Shown here piece by piece: positions 26,319-35,959 of a stretch of 38,064 nt of DNA. This DNA is from Verrucomicrobiota bacterium (lineage in GTDB: Bacteria; Verrucomicrobiota; Verrucomicrobiia; Limisphaerales; UBA1096). The notes under the pieces are model-generated. The model did no database searches. It saw nothing but the letters and a program-made list of their open reading frames with translations, and had not been told where the DNA came from. The position numbers were made by a program, and so were the translations under genes. How positions within the stretch are numbered: the first letter of the stretch is position 1; every line of letters starts with the position of its first letter. The stretch covers positions 1 through 38,064 of the forward strand of contig JABGZB010000281.1 of NCBI GenBank assembly GCA_018674955.1, in the 5' to 3' direction.

Positions 26319-27479
26319 ATGAGAATCGATATGATCAACTCCATTTTAACTGAAACTATAACCAAGCGCTTGGCCATGCGTTGGCTCGCCGCATGCGTGA
26401 CCGCGCTTGGAATCTTATGTGCGCCTAGCGAGCCTCTGGGCCAAGTCACGATCACGGCCAAGGACATGTTCAGCAAGGAGGGGCAGTATTACAAAGTGCA
26501 CTCCAACTTCATCGGCCATTTTTCGGAGGCGGCCCGTGAGGAGGTTGATGTCAGCGATTACATTGGCGAGGCAGGGGCGGATCAAGTTTGGGATTTCCGG
26601 GAGGGGCCGGAAGATGAGATGATCCAGTTCGACTACGTGAAGCCAAGCGCGATTGACACAGATGTTGAATTTGGCGAGGCGACCATCGCGGAGCGGGCGA
26701 CGTTCGACTCTTCCGGCAAACAGAAAAGCATGTTCCTCAACGTTAGTGCCGCCCGGGGGCGAGACGTTTACGGGTTTCACGACGCCAGCATCGACGAGGA
26801 GGACCCTGCAATCCCATTCAGCGCCCGATTGAACGACTTCCCGGCGGTCATCAAATTTGGCGACTCGTGGGTTGTGAACACGACGTTCGAGTTCGTCACG
26901 CGCCAGTCAATGTTCGGGGTGGGCGACATCGAGGCACCGACCAAGCTGGTTTATCAATCTGAAATGGTGGTTGACGGCCACGGAATCGTCATCCTACCCG
27001 AGTTGGGTTTTCACGACTGTCTGCGCATCAACGAACTGGTGCAGTATGACACGTTCATAAAAATCCCGGGATTGGTTGAGGATTGGCAAAAAGCCTCAAC
27101 CGACTTCATCCGCAATTACTATTGGCTGAGCAAGGACATGGGCATTGTCGCCCAGATCAGTTCCGTGCAAGACACCGTACCTATTCCGGATGACTTCTCA
27201 ACGGCAAGCGCATTGTGGCGGCAATTTGAAAACAACCACGGTGAGTCCAATGAAACAGCCCAGCCCGTGGAAGGGCTGGAAATCTCGCTGGACACCAAGG
27301 GAAACCGGGTTTTATTGAGCTGGAAAAAAGCTGAAAACACGCTTGAATACTTGGTGCAATTCAGCGATAGTTTGGCCTCGAACAGTTGGAGGGATTTGAA
27401 AACAACGTCTGGAAACTTTGCTTTGGACGCGATTTCCTCGAAAAATGCCCGTTTTTACCGGATTGTTTCGCTAGAATGA
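26319..27479 (+). CDS. Exported protein of unknown function with a C-terminal surface domain
   Basis: Hydrophobic signal ([16 protein letters not shown]...), [13 protein letters not shown]...LP, YYWL....G.VA, and C-terminal LSW...Y.VQFSDSL....W...ARFYRIV. Confidence 0.75.
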   Translation: MRIDMINSILTETITKRLAMRWLAACVTALGILCAPSEPLGQVTITAKDMFSKEGQYYKVHSNFIGHFSEAAREEVDVSDYIGEAGADQVWDFREGPEDEMIQFDYVKPSAIDTDVEFGEATIAERATFDSSGKQKSMFLNVSAARGRDVYGFHDASIDEEDPAIPFSARLNDFPAVIKFGDSWVVNTTFEFVTRQSMFGVGDIEAPTKLVYQSEMVVDGHGIVILPELGFHDCLRINELVQYDTFIKIPGLVEDWQKASTDFIRNYYWLSKDMGIVAQISSVQDTVPIPDDFSTASALWRQFENNHGESNETAQPVEGLEISLDTKGNRVLLSWKKAENTLEYLVQFSDSLASNSWRDLKTTSGNFALDAISSKNARFYRIVSLE

Positions 27480-27483
27480 CAGT

Positions 27484-28395
27484 ATGAAAACGCAGGCGAC
27501 CCAACGCTTGGCCAAGCGGTCAGGAAGCAATTCCGCGTCGAGGGGGGTATGGGGAGTTGCCGCGTTTACGCTCATTGAGTTGCTGGTCGTGATTGCCATC
27601 ATCGCCATTCTAGCGGCTTTGATGCTCCCGTCGCTGTTTCAGGCCAAGAGCGCCGCCCGTTCCCTGGCATGCAAAAACAACCTTCGCCAATACGGCATCG
27701 CGCTGAACTCATACGTCGGGGATCAGGGCCACTATCCCGTTTACAATTTTGATCCCACGGATGCAGAAGGCAATACCCAGCAGTATTGGCATGAGCGCCT
27801 CCTGCCCTATATTGGTGCCGAGTGGGCCGAAAAAAGTCCCTTCACCTGTTCGGACTATAAGGGAGTGACTCTCTCGGGTAATGACGCCGCCGTCGCGCTG
27901 GGCAGTTATGGGTACAACGCCTTTGGCGTGAAACTCGGCTACAGCAGCCTTGGCTTGGGGGGCACTTTCAGTCACACGCTAATCAGTGGCGAACTGGATG
28001 ATGTTCCGTCGGAAGGGTCGAGAATCACCGATGGGGACGTTCGATCAACGGCGAACATGATTGGGATTGGGGACGCCACGCTGATTTGGATGACTAAACC
28101 GATGATCAATATTTTGTACGGGGAGGACGGTGTCGAGGGTGCCAGCGGCATGGCGCACTTGGACATCAACTACCGCAATTTTGTCCAGCGAAAAGCCTAC
28201 CCCTTAAGCAATAAGATTATTCGTGCCACCGAGGCTCGGCACGGGGGGCAATACAACATCAGTTTCTGCGACGGCCACGTCGAAGCACTGGACCGGACGC
28301 GGCTTCATGAGCGCAGTTTCCGCGCGCTTCGTCGTTGGAACAACGACAACTTGCCTCACCACGACTTGCTGAGCAACTACCAGTCCTGGCGCTGA
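27484..28395 (+). CDS. Prepilin-type N-terminal cleavage/methylation protein with H-X9-DG motif (DUF1559-like)
   Basis: Motifs [35 protein letters not shown] and [16 protein letters not shown]. Confidence 0.93.
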   Translation: MKTQATQRLAKRSGSNSASRGVWGVAAFTLIELLVVIAIIAILAALMLPSLFQAKSAARSLACKNNLRQYGIALNSYVGDQGHYPVYNFDPTDAEGNTQQYWHERLLPYIGAEWAEKSPFTCSDYKGVTLSGNDAAVALGSYGYNAFGVKLGYSSLGLGGTFSHTLISGELDDVPSEGSRITDGDVRSTANMIGIGDATLIWMTKPMINILYGEDGVEGASGMAHLDINYRNFVQRKAYPLSNKIIRATEARHGGQYNISFCDGHVEALDRTRLHERSFRALRRWNNDNLPHHDLLSNYQSWR

Positions 28396-28398
28396 GGC

Positions 28399-29433
28399 TC
28401 AATCCAGTCGCAGCCACGACACTTTCAGGTAGGCGGGTTCATTTTTGATGACCGGAAAATCCGTGGGTTGGGTTGCTGAAAATGACAACACAATTTTTCT
28501 GCCGCAGGATCGAATTCCTCTCCTGACTTCTTCCCTGAACTTCGCGTTACTCAACCCTGCCGCATTGCAGCAGGCGAGCAGTACGCCGCCTTTGCGAACC
28601 AATGGTGCCGCAGCTTTAGCTAAGTTGCCATAGTCCCGCTTGGCCATAAACAACCCAGATTGCTTTGAGCGCGAAAAAGTGGGCGGATCGAGGATGACTA
28701 AGTCATGTCTGTCGCCGCGCTTGGCCAAGCGCTTCATCCATTCAAGTGCATCTCCGTATATGAAATCGTGATCGTTGGGATTGACTTGGTTAAGCCGGAA
28801 ATTCTCCCGGCCCCAGTCGAGGTATTTGCGCGAGAGGTCGAGGTTGATGGTTGTGGCACCTGTACGCGCGGCGCAGACCGAGAACGAGCAGGTGTACGAG
28901 AAAGTGTTCAGCACCGTGGCGGTTCCGGGAGCAGACTTAAACACGGTGAAACCGGGTTCGATGTGGTTTGAGAGAATGCGCTGCCGGTTCTCCCGCATGT
29001 CGAGGAACAGCCCGGTCGAGTACCCTTGCTTCAGGCTCAACCGGTACGTAAGGCCATTCTCCATCACTTCAAAGTCATCTGGTGCTTCTAAGCCCACGAC
29101 AAGCCGGGGTGATGCGGAAACCGTGGTGCTCTGCTGCACCTTTCGGTTTAGTTTCTTAAAATAGACACCCTTGATCTTGAGTGAGGTTTTCCACTCTTTC
29201 GCAGCCTCGAGTTGCGGATCAGTTAGCGGCAGTGGCGACTGTATCAACAGAAAATCGCCGAGGCGGTCCACGTATAAATCTTTCCAGCCATCCGCTTGGC
29301 CATGTACAAGCCGGTAGGCGTTGGTTTTTGGGTCGCGCCCGGATCGCAACTTGCGCGGCGGGCCGGCGGGTCGTGATGGTTTTGTGTTCAACAATTTACC
29401 AGAAGTGCCATTGGGGTTTATCGGCGAAGCCAA
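28399..29433 (-). CDS. Class I SAM-dependent rRNA methyltransferase, RlmI/RlmK-like (start uncertain)
   Basis: Motifs YRLVHG..DG, STGLFLDMRENR, VLNTFSYTCSFSV, DLSRKYLDWG..N and DLVILDPPTFS. Confidence 0.85.
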   Translation of the reverse strand: MASPINPNGTSGKLLNTKPSRPAGPPRKLRSGRDPKTNAYRLVHGQADGWKDLYVDRLGDFLLIQSPLPLTDPQLEAAKEWKTSLKIKGVYFKKLNRKVQQSTTVSASPRLVVGLEAPDDFEVMENGLTYRLSLKQGYSTGLFLDMRENRQRILSNHIEPGFTVFKSAPGTATVLNTFSYTCSFSVCAARTGATTINLDLSRKYLDWGRENFRLNQVNPNDHDFIYGDALEWMKRLAKRGDRHDLVILDPPTFSRSKQSGLFMAKRDYGNLAKAAAPLVRKGGVLLACCNAAGLSNAKFREEVRRGIRSCGRKIVLSFSATQPTDFPVIKNEPAYLKVSWLRLD

Positions 29434-30085
29434 ACCCCTGCGTGATCACCCAAGCTCCAAGTAAAAAGTTGGTGACTGCGTGAGCGGTGATGGCATCAGC
29501 AATCCGATTCGTGCGGATAACCAGTAATTGATAAATCATCCCGCAGACAATGCCAGCCAGCCACTGCTGGTGAGTGAAACCGAACACGATGGACGTGATC
29601 AAAAAAGGTTTTACGGCGAACGAGTTGTACGCGGTGAAGATCCAGTTTGGGGCAAGAATGTAACGGTACAGGAATGAACGGTAGAACACTTCTTCAAGCA
29701 TCGGCACCAGTAGCGTCGAGCCGACGAGGCGCACGCCGGCAAAAAACCACACCATCACCGATGGCGAGCCGAACTGTTTTTGCAGATCCCAGGAGTCGTT
29801 CGGTTGGGAAAATTTCGGGTACAGCACATCCAGCGCTACCCACAGGATGAAAACCAGCGTCCCGGCGATCAACGCCTCGAAACTGATCGCCCATCGCATC
29901 TCGGACACCAGCGGCCACGTCACCCAAATCATCCACGCTCCGATAACACACTTGGCCAAATAAACCCAGAAGTGCGATTCCGGCCCTAAGCTGCCCTGAC
30001 ACGAGGTCAGCACAAGGAACACGACAAATGGCAGAACCCGCGCAAGGAGCGGGGAGGCCTGCAGTTTGGCTGTCAGCGCGTTCAT
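29396..30085 (-). CDS. CAAX prenyl protease-related (CPBP/Abi) intramembrane protease
   Basis: Multiple TM segments, plus VPMLEEVFYRSFL, F...H..W.AG and AI.AHAVTN. Confidence 0.88.
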   Translation of the reverse strand: MNALTAKLQASPLLARVLPFVVFLVLTSCQGSLGPESHFWVYLAKCVIGAWMIWVTWPLVSEMRWAISFEALIAGTLVFILWVALDVLYPKFSQPNDSWDLQKQFGSPSVMVWFFAGVRLVGSTLLVPMLEEVFYRSFLYRYILAPNWIFTAYNSFAVKPFLITSIVFGFTHQQWLAGIVCGMIYQLLVIRTNRIADAITAHAVTNFLLGAWVITQGFGFADKPQWHFW

Positions 30086-31200
30086 CGTTTGAGGATGGAT
30101 TTGGTCGCGGTGAGTAACTTGGCCATCTCGGCCTCGGTGCCGATGGTGATGCGCAGCCAGTTGCGAACCTTGGGCGTGTCAAACCAGCGGGTCACAATTT
30201 TCCGCTCCCGCAATTGCCGGAACCATTGTGCCGCCGTGATAGCGGTCGGCTTGGCGAAAATGAAATTGGCCTGACTAGGCAGCACTTTGAAACCAAGCGC
30301 CTCGAGCGCTCCGGTGGTCTTGTCCCGCAACTGGATGATGCGCTCGAACTGCTTCCGATAGTGGCCGATGTCCGATAGTGTGGCCAGCGCCGCCACTTGG
30401 CCAAGGCCGTTTGTGTTATAGCTGTCGCGTATCCTGTCGAGCGCCGCGATGATTTCCGGGTGGCCGACGAAGTAGCCCACCCTCGCAAAGCAAAGCGAGT
30501 AGGCCTTGCTGAAAGTACGGGAAACGATGACGTGCGGGAACCGCTTGGCCAAGCGGAGTGCGTTTTCGTCGGCGAAATCAACGTACGCCTCGTCCAGAAT
30601 TGTCACGCCCTTTTGCGCGGCGCAGAGCTTGGCCAAGTCGCGCGTTAAGTAACCTCGACCGCTGGGCGCATTTGGCGTTGTGATGTAAGTGAGTGCCGCT
30701 CCAAAATCCCAATTGCTATTTTGCAGCGCATCGTTGTCCGGCAAGCCGAAGTCGGCGGGCAGTCTGACCTCGTTGCGGCGCGCGCCGTGAATGCCGGCAA
30801 GGATGGGGTAGAGCGAGTAGCTCGGCGTAAAATACTGGATGGTTTGCCGACGGGTTGCTGCGTTGGATTGGCGAGGTTCGACGAATGCGCGGGTGGCTAG
30901 GGCGAGCAACTCATCGGAGCCGTTGCCAACGATGATGTTTTCCGGCTTGCAGTCGTGCAACTTAGCCAACGCCACTCGCAGCGGTTGCGCGCTAGGGACG
31001 GGGTAACGGCGCAATCGGTCATCGGCAGCGGAGCGGATCGCGCGGATGACCTTGGGTGAGGGCGGCGCCGGATTCTCGTTGGTGTTGAGTTTGATGAGAC
31101 CGGGAACATTTGGTTGCTCGCCGGGAACGTATCCTCGCAACTTCCGCACCATTGGTCGAACAAGTTGCTTCGGTGTACTGTTTTTGCGCTTGGCCGTCAT
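30082..31200 (-). CDS. hisC: Histidinol-phosphate aminotransferase
   Basis: Motifs YVPGEQP, KLNTNENP, GNGSDE, PNAPSG, DEAYVDF and RTFSKAYSL...RVGY. It lies adjacent to hisD. Confidence 0.95.
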   Translation of the reverse strand: MTAKRKNSTPKQLVRPMVRKLRGYVPGEQPNVPGLIKLNTNENPAPPSPKVIRAIRSAADDRLRRYPVPSAQPLRVALAKLHDCKPENIIVGNGSDELLALATRAFVEPRQSNAATRRQTIQYFTPSYSLYPILAGIHGARRNEVRLPADFGLPDNDALQNSNWDFGAALTYITTPNAPSGRGYLTRDLAKLCAAQKGVTILDEAYVDFADENALRLAKRFPHVIVSRTFSKAYSLCFARVGYFVGHPEIIAALDRIRDSYNTNGLGQVAALATLSDIGHYRKQFERIIQLRDKTTGALEALGFKVLPSQANFIFAKPTAITAAQWFRQLRERKIVTRWFDTPKVRNWLRITIGTEAEMAKLLTATKSILKR

Positions 31201-31203
31201 CGA

Positions 31204-32511
31204 CTAATCTTCAAGTCGTATTTCGGCGGAGCGACCGTGGGCGTCGAGGCCCTCCATTTCGGCGAATGTCCGAATCGTTTCGATGGACTTGGCCAAGGCG
31301 GGTCTGCTGTATTTCACGACGCTTGTGCGGCGCTGGAATTGATCCACGGTTAACCCGGCGAACGACGCCCCGGCACCGCCGGTTGGCAGCGTGTGGCTGG
31401 GGCCGGCCATGTAGTCGCCGAGGACCGTTGGGGCCCACGGGCCCACAAAAATCGCGCCGGCGGTCGTGATGTCTTTCACGGCAACTTCAGGTTTGCGGAG
31501 CATCAACTCGCAGTGCTCTGGCGCGATTCGATTGGCCAGGGTGATGCCGTCGCTGATTGATTTCACGTGGATGAGCCAGCCGTTTTTCTTGAGTGCCTTT
31601 CGGATGAACTCACGGCGCGATAGCCCGGGGAGTTGCCGCTCGAGTTCCCGGTGCACGTCGGCAATGAGTTTTTTGGAGTTACAGGCGAGCCAAACCCGCT
31701 CGTGGCCGGAGCCGTGCTCGGCTTGCGCGAGCATGTCGGCGGCGGCAAACTTTGGGTTGGCCGACGAGTCAGCGAGGATGAACATCTCGCTTGGCCCGGG
31801 CAGCAGGTCGATAGCCACGCGGCCAAATAAAAGTCGCTTGGCCGCAACAACGTAGGCGTTGCCGGGGCCGAATATTTTTTGAACCGGGCGGATCGTTTTC
31901 GTGCCGCACGCCATCGCGGCAATCGCCTGTGCGCCACCGACACGGTACACATCGGTTGCTCCCGCTTGGCGAAGCGCGGCGAGCAGCGCGCTGTTCACTC
32001 GACCGTCTTTGTCGCACGGAGTGCAGGCGACGATTTCGCGGCAGCCGGCAACCTTGCCCAAAGTGACGGTCATCAGCGCGGTCGATGCCAGGGGCGCGGT
32101 TCCGCCGGGGATGTAAACGCCAACCCGTGCGAACGGATCGAACTTTTCGCCGACCACACCGCCTTGGGCGTTGTGAGCCTGCCAGTTTTTGCGCAGGGAT
32201 TGCTTCGCGAAGAAGGCAACGTTGGCTTTGGCCAAGCGGATGGCCTTGCGGGTTTGGGCGCTGGTGGAGCGCCAAGCGCTGTCCAGTTCCGCTTGCCCGA
32301 CGCGCAGTTTGGCTGGGGTCAACGTAGCTCCGTCGAACTTCTCCGTGAACTGGAGTAGCGCATTGTCGCCGAGCCTCTCGACTCCGCTAATGATCTCAAG
32401 AGCGCCCTGCTCGATGCCTGTCTCGAAAAGGCTGGATGCAGCGATAAGCTTGTTCAGTTTGGCGGTGTAGCCAGAATCCGTGTGTCGGATCAAATTCACG
32501 GGCAGCAACAT
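31204..32511 (-). CDS. hisD: Histidinol dehydrogenase
   Basis: Motifs VGVYIPGG, GGAQAIAAMA.GT, KIFGPGNAYV, GPSE, AQAEHG, APEH, GDY.AGPSHTLPT and EGLDAH. Confidence 0.97.
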   Translation of the reverse strand: MLLPVNLIRHTDSGYTAKLNKLIAASSLFETGIEQGALEIISGVERLGDNALLQFTEKFDGATLTPAKLRVGQAELDSAWRSTSAQTRKAIRLAKANVAFFAKQSLRKNWQAHNAQGGVVGEKFDPFARVGVYIPGGTAPLASTALMTVTLGKVAGCREIVACTPCDKDGRVNSALLAALRQAGATDVYRVGGAQAIAAMACGTKTIRPVQKIFGPGNAYVVAAKRLLFGRVAIDLLPGPSEMFILADSSANPKFAAADMLAQAEHGSGHERVWLACNSKKLIADVHRELERQLPGLSRREFIRKALKKNGWLIHVKSISDGITLANRIAPEHCELMLRKPEVAVKDITTAGAIFVGPWAPTVLGDYMAGPSHTLPTGGAGASFAGLTVDQFQRRTSVVKYSRPALAKSIETIRTFAEMEGLDAHGRSAEIRLED

Positions 32512-32656
32512 AGGGCGGGAAGCTCGTGAAAGTCAAAGCAGCGGAGGCCTGTCAAGCAACTTTAGTTGCCCAGAGAAGATGGGGAATATTTTTTAGGTTT
32601 GACGAGGCAGGTCGAATTATGTCGTTATCACTAACCTGTTTTATTCAGTTAACGCG

Positions 32657-35600
32657 ATGCCCCGAACAGCCAAGAAAAAAAAGCCAGTCGTCAGTTCAGC
32701 GAAAGCGTCCAAGTACGACGCACACCACACTGTCATCAACAATACTTACGGCGACTTCGCCGATTTGCGACACCAGTTGTCCGAATCCAAGGAGGACGTG
32801 GCCGAGCGGGCCAAGCTGCTGCAGATATTTTCATCGTGCACTGATTCGCAACGGTCGTGGCTTTTGCTGGAGGACTATTTCAACAAGCTCAACCTTGCCC
32901 GTAAGGACTTCAGCCAGGATGACTGGTGGGGCAGTATGGCCCAGACACATGGTGACACACGACTCGAGGACTTGGCCTTGGTGTTCATGAAATCGGGCCG
33001 CTCGGTGCCCAATGAGTTGATGGCTCATGCCAACTTCACGCGCTTTGCAGAGGTCGAGCAGGCCGAAAGGGATCATCAGTTGTTCAAAGGTTTGGAAGAA
33101 TGGATGTTCCCGCCGACGCCGGTTCACCTCGATGCCCCCCGGGCTGCCTTGCGAGTGGTGGGGCGGCTTATTTTAGACACGGAATTGCCGGGATTGCACA
33201 AGCTCGGGGTAGAGATTCATATCATACGCCCGCGTACAGGAGACCGCGTCAAGACGCTGGACGATATGGCTGACCTGACGATGCGGGCCGCCCACGAGCA
33301 GGAATTGTTTCCTTCCGCCGACTGGTCGTTTATCCGCTGGTCTTCCGGTGTTCGGCACGACTACGATACGGAGGCAGAACTGATCTCTCTGGATGGGGCG
33401 GAGTTGCTGAAGTGGCTGGTGCAATGGGGGAAGTCCGGACGAATTGATCTCGATGGGGAGATGAAACCGATACAGTTTCTGGGGCGGATCATCGAGATGG
33501 AGCCCCACTTGGAGAAGGCGAAATCAGACTTGTTTTTTACACATGAGGTCATTCTTCCCGACAACAAAACTTGCAGCATGTCCGAGGTACGCTTTTTCGC
33601 CGGTGACCCCACGTTGGCACTCATCGGTTGCGAGGTGTTTCTCCTGCGTAATTCTCCCGCGCCCGAGGTGCTAGGGAATTGGGCCAAAATGAAAAAGGCC
33701 TCGGTATCCAAGCTGACACATCGCCTGCTCACCAAGCTGCGCAAGATCACCACCACCAACGGGGTGAACTGGGAGCAACTCTGCAAGACTCACGAGGCGA
33801 CGCCGCGATTTGTTTTCGAAATGGCCAATGACACCGTTCGCCTCAAGCTCTTGGCCAAGAGTGAATCAGACAAGAGCCTCTGGCAGTGGAACGGCCACGA
33901 ATGGGTTCGGGGAAATTCAGGGAAACTACTAAAACCGAACAAGCCAGAAGTGCTAGATGACGAGAGGCTTGAGGCGGCCATCGGGTGGCTAAAGCGCTTA
34001 GACTGGTTCACCCCGGAGCCGGGCCTGTGGGTGGGTGATTCCAACCCGCTTTTCCTCGAGAGTCTCCACGCCGCTTGGCCGGACAAACCCGACGCGGAGT
34101 ACCTTGGTGACACGGAGTTCAAACGCCTGTTCCTGCAGCCCAAGCGACTCAAGCCCAAGTTGGTCGTACGGGGTAGTGGCATCGACTGGCTGTCTGTCTC
34201 CGCCGAGTGGGAGGAGGAGGGGTTGAATTTGACCGAGCGCGACCTCCAGCAACTCGCCGCTGCCAGTGGTAATTTCGTCAATCTACCGGACGCCGGTTGG
34301 GTGCAACTGGATCAAAAGGCCGTACAGGAAGCACAGGAGGCGATGGCGGATCTTGGCGTAGACGGCTTGTCTTCAGTTGAGCAAAAAGTCGGACTAGAGC
34401 AGGCCGCCCACTTGGACGAGGACGGATTGGCCAAGTTCGTCCCGTCCTCGGAGTTGGAACAGTTGCGTGGACGCTTGGATGAGTTTGAGGGAGTTGAAAC
34501 GACTGAACTGCCGGACGGGGTTTGCGCCGAGTTGCGTCCGTATCAGGTGGAAGGCTTTAGTTTTCTTTGCCACTTGGCCAAGTTTAAGCTGGGTGGAATC
34601 CTTGCGGATGATATGGGACTGGGCAAGACACTGCAGACGCTCGCTTGGCTGTTGTGGCTGAAGACCAGTCGCCGGAAGAATGCCAAGACCAAACCGACGC
34701 TGGTAGTTTGCCCCGCTTCGGTTTTGCACAACTGGCGTCGTGAATCGGAACGATTCACTCCCAAAATGAAGGTGCTGGTCTTGGAGAGTGGCCAAGCGCG
34801 TCACAACCTTCGAAAGCGAATCCCCGACTACGACATCGTGGTCACGAATTACTCGATCCTTCGCCGTGACCTCGACGAGTTGGCCAAATTTGCGTTCCGC
34901 GCTATTGTGCTCGACGAGGCGCAATTCATCAAGAATCCCGGGGCTCAGGTGACCAAATCCGTCAAGGAACTTAAGGCCGACCACAAGTTGGCGCTGACCG
35001 GTACGCCGATCGAGAACCGCATGCTCGACCTGTGGAGCATAGTCGATTTTGTGCAGCCCAACTACCTCGGCAACCAAGAGCATTTCACCCAGGTTTACGA
35101 TTTGAAGGTGTCGGAAAAAGACGAGAACGCTGCCCGTATCGGCCGCCGAAAACTCTCGGCCAAGCTCCGGCCGTTGTTGCTGCGCCGTGTCAAGAAACAG
35201 GTGGCCAAGGATCTACCGGATCGCATTGAGCAGCGGCTCGACTGCGAGTTGCCCGAGGAGCAGCGTAAACTATACCTCGCAGAGTTGAAACGAAGCCGTG
35301 AGCAGGTGATGAAAGCCGTCCAGCAGAAGGGCGTCGCCAAGAGCAAAATGCACGTGCTCGCGGCGCTGACCCGGTTACGGCAGATTTGTTGTCATCCCGG
35401 CCTAGTCGGGAGCGACACGGAATCAGGCAAGACGGACACTCTGTTCGAGTTGGTGGAACCGCTTCTTGAGGAGGGGCACAAGGTGCTTGTGTTCAGTCAG
35501 TTCGTACGGATGCTTCAAATCCTCGAAAAGGAGTGCGCGGACCGGCAGATGCCCACCCACATGTTGACCGGCGAAACCAAGAACCGGCAGGATATCGTGA

Positions 35601-35929
35601 ACGCTTTTCAGGAGGCCGAATTGCCGTCGGTCTTCCTGCTCAGCCTGCGGGCGGCCGGTACCGGACTCAATCTGACGAGCGCCAGCTACGTGGTCATTTA
35701 CGACCCGTGGTGGAATCCAGCCGTCGAGGCGCAGGCCATCGACCGGACTCATCGGATCGGTCAGACCGCGACGGTGAACGCCTACAAGATGATCTCACCG
35801 GGCACCGTCGAGGAGAAAATTTGGGACTTACAGCAGCGCAAAGCCAAGACGGTATCCGACGTGCTCGGGGAAGACGGCTTCGCTAAGGGCCTCACGACGA
35901 ACGATCTCGAGTATCTGTTCTCGGATTAA
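32657..35929 (+). CDS. SNF2-family (SWI2/SNF2) helicase-like ATPase
   Basis: Motifs LRPYQ, GILADDMGLGKT, VCPASV..NW, DEAQFIKN, LTGTPIEN, LRQICCHP, VFSQF, AAGTGLNL and DPWWNPAVE.QA.DR.HRIGQ. Confidence 0.95.
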   Translation: MPRTAKKKKPVVSSAKASKYDAHHTVINNTYGDFADLRHQLSESKEDVAERAKLLQIFSSCTDSQRSWLLLEDYFNKLNLARKDFSQDDWWGSMAQTHGDTRLEDLALVFMKSGRSVPNELMAHANFTRFAEVEQAERDHQLFKGLEEWMFPPTPVHLDAPRAALRVVGRLILDTELPGLHKLGVEIHIIRPRTGDRVKTLDDMADLTMRAAHEQELFPSADWSFIRWSSGVRHDYDTEAELISLDGAELLKWLVQWGKSGRIDLDGEMKPIQFLGRIIEMEPHLEKAKSDLFFTHEVILPDNKTCSMSEVRFFAGDPTLALIGCEVFLLRNSPAPEVLGNWAKMKKASVSKLTHRLLTKLRKITTTNGVNWEQLCKTHEATPRFVFEMANDTVRLKLLAKSESDKSLWQWNGHEWVRGNSGKLLKPNKPEVLDDERLEAAIGWLKRLDWFTPEPGLWVGDSNPLFLESLHAAWPDKPDAEYLGDTEFKRLFLQPKRLKPKLVVRGSGIDWLSVSAEWEEEGLNLTERDLQQLAAASGNFVNLPDAGWVQLDQKAVQEAQEAMADLGVDGLSSVEQKVGLEQAAHLDEDGLAKFVPSSELEQLRGRLDEFEGVETTELPDGVCAELRPYQVEGFSFLCHLAKFKLGGILADDMGLGKTLQTLAWLLWLKTSRRKNAKTKPTLVVCPASVLHNWRRESERFTPKMKVLVLESGQARHNLRKRIPDYDIVVTNYSILRRDLDELAKFAFRAIVLDEAQFIKNPGAQVTKSVKELKADHKLALTGTPIENRMLDLWSIVDFVQPNYLGNQEHFTQVYDLKVSEKDENAARIGRRKLSAKLRPLLLRRVKKQVAKDLPDRIEQRLDCELPEEQRKLYLAELKRSREQVMKAVQQKGVAKSKMHVLAALTRLRQICCHPGLVGSDTESGKTDTLFELVEPLLEEGHKVLVFSQFVRMLQILEKECADRQMPTHMLTGETKNRQDIVNAFQEAELPSVFLLSLRAAGTGLNLTSASYVVIYDPWWNPAVEAQAIDRTHRIGQTATVNAYKMISPGTVEEKIWDLQQRKAKTVSDVLGEDGFAKGLTTNDLEYLFSD

Positions 35930-35959
35930 ACCACTACGCTTGGCCAATCGCTTGGCTGC

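Noticed and set aside
32657-35929. SNF2 ATPase as part of an anti-phage defence system
   Set aside because: It stands alone among housekeeping genes with host-like composition, and no methylase, nuclease or other defence partner is adjacent.
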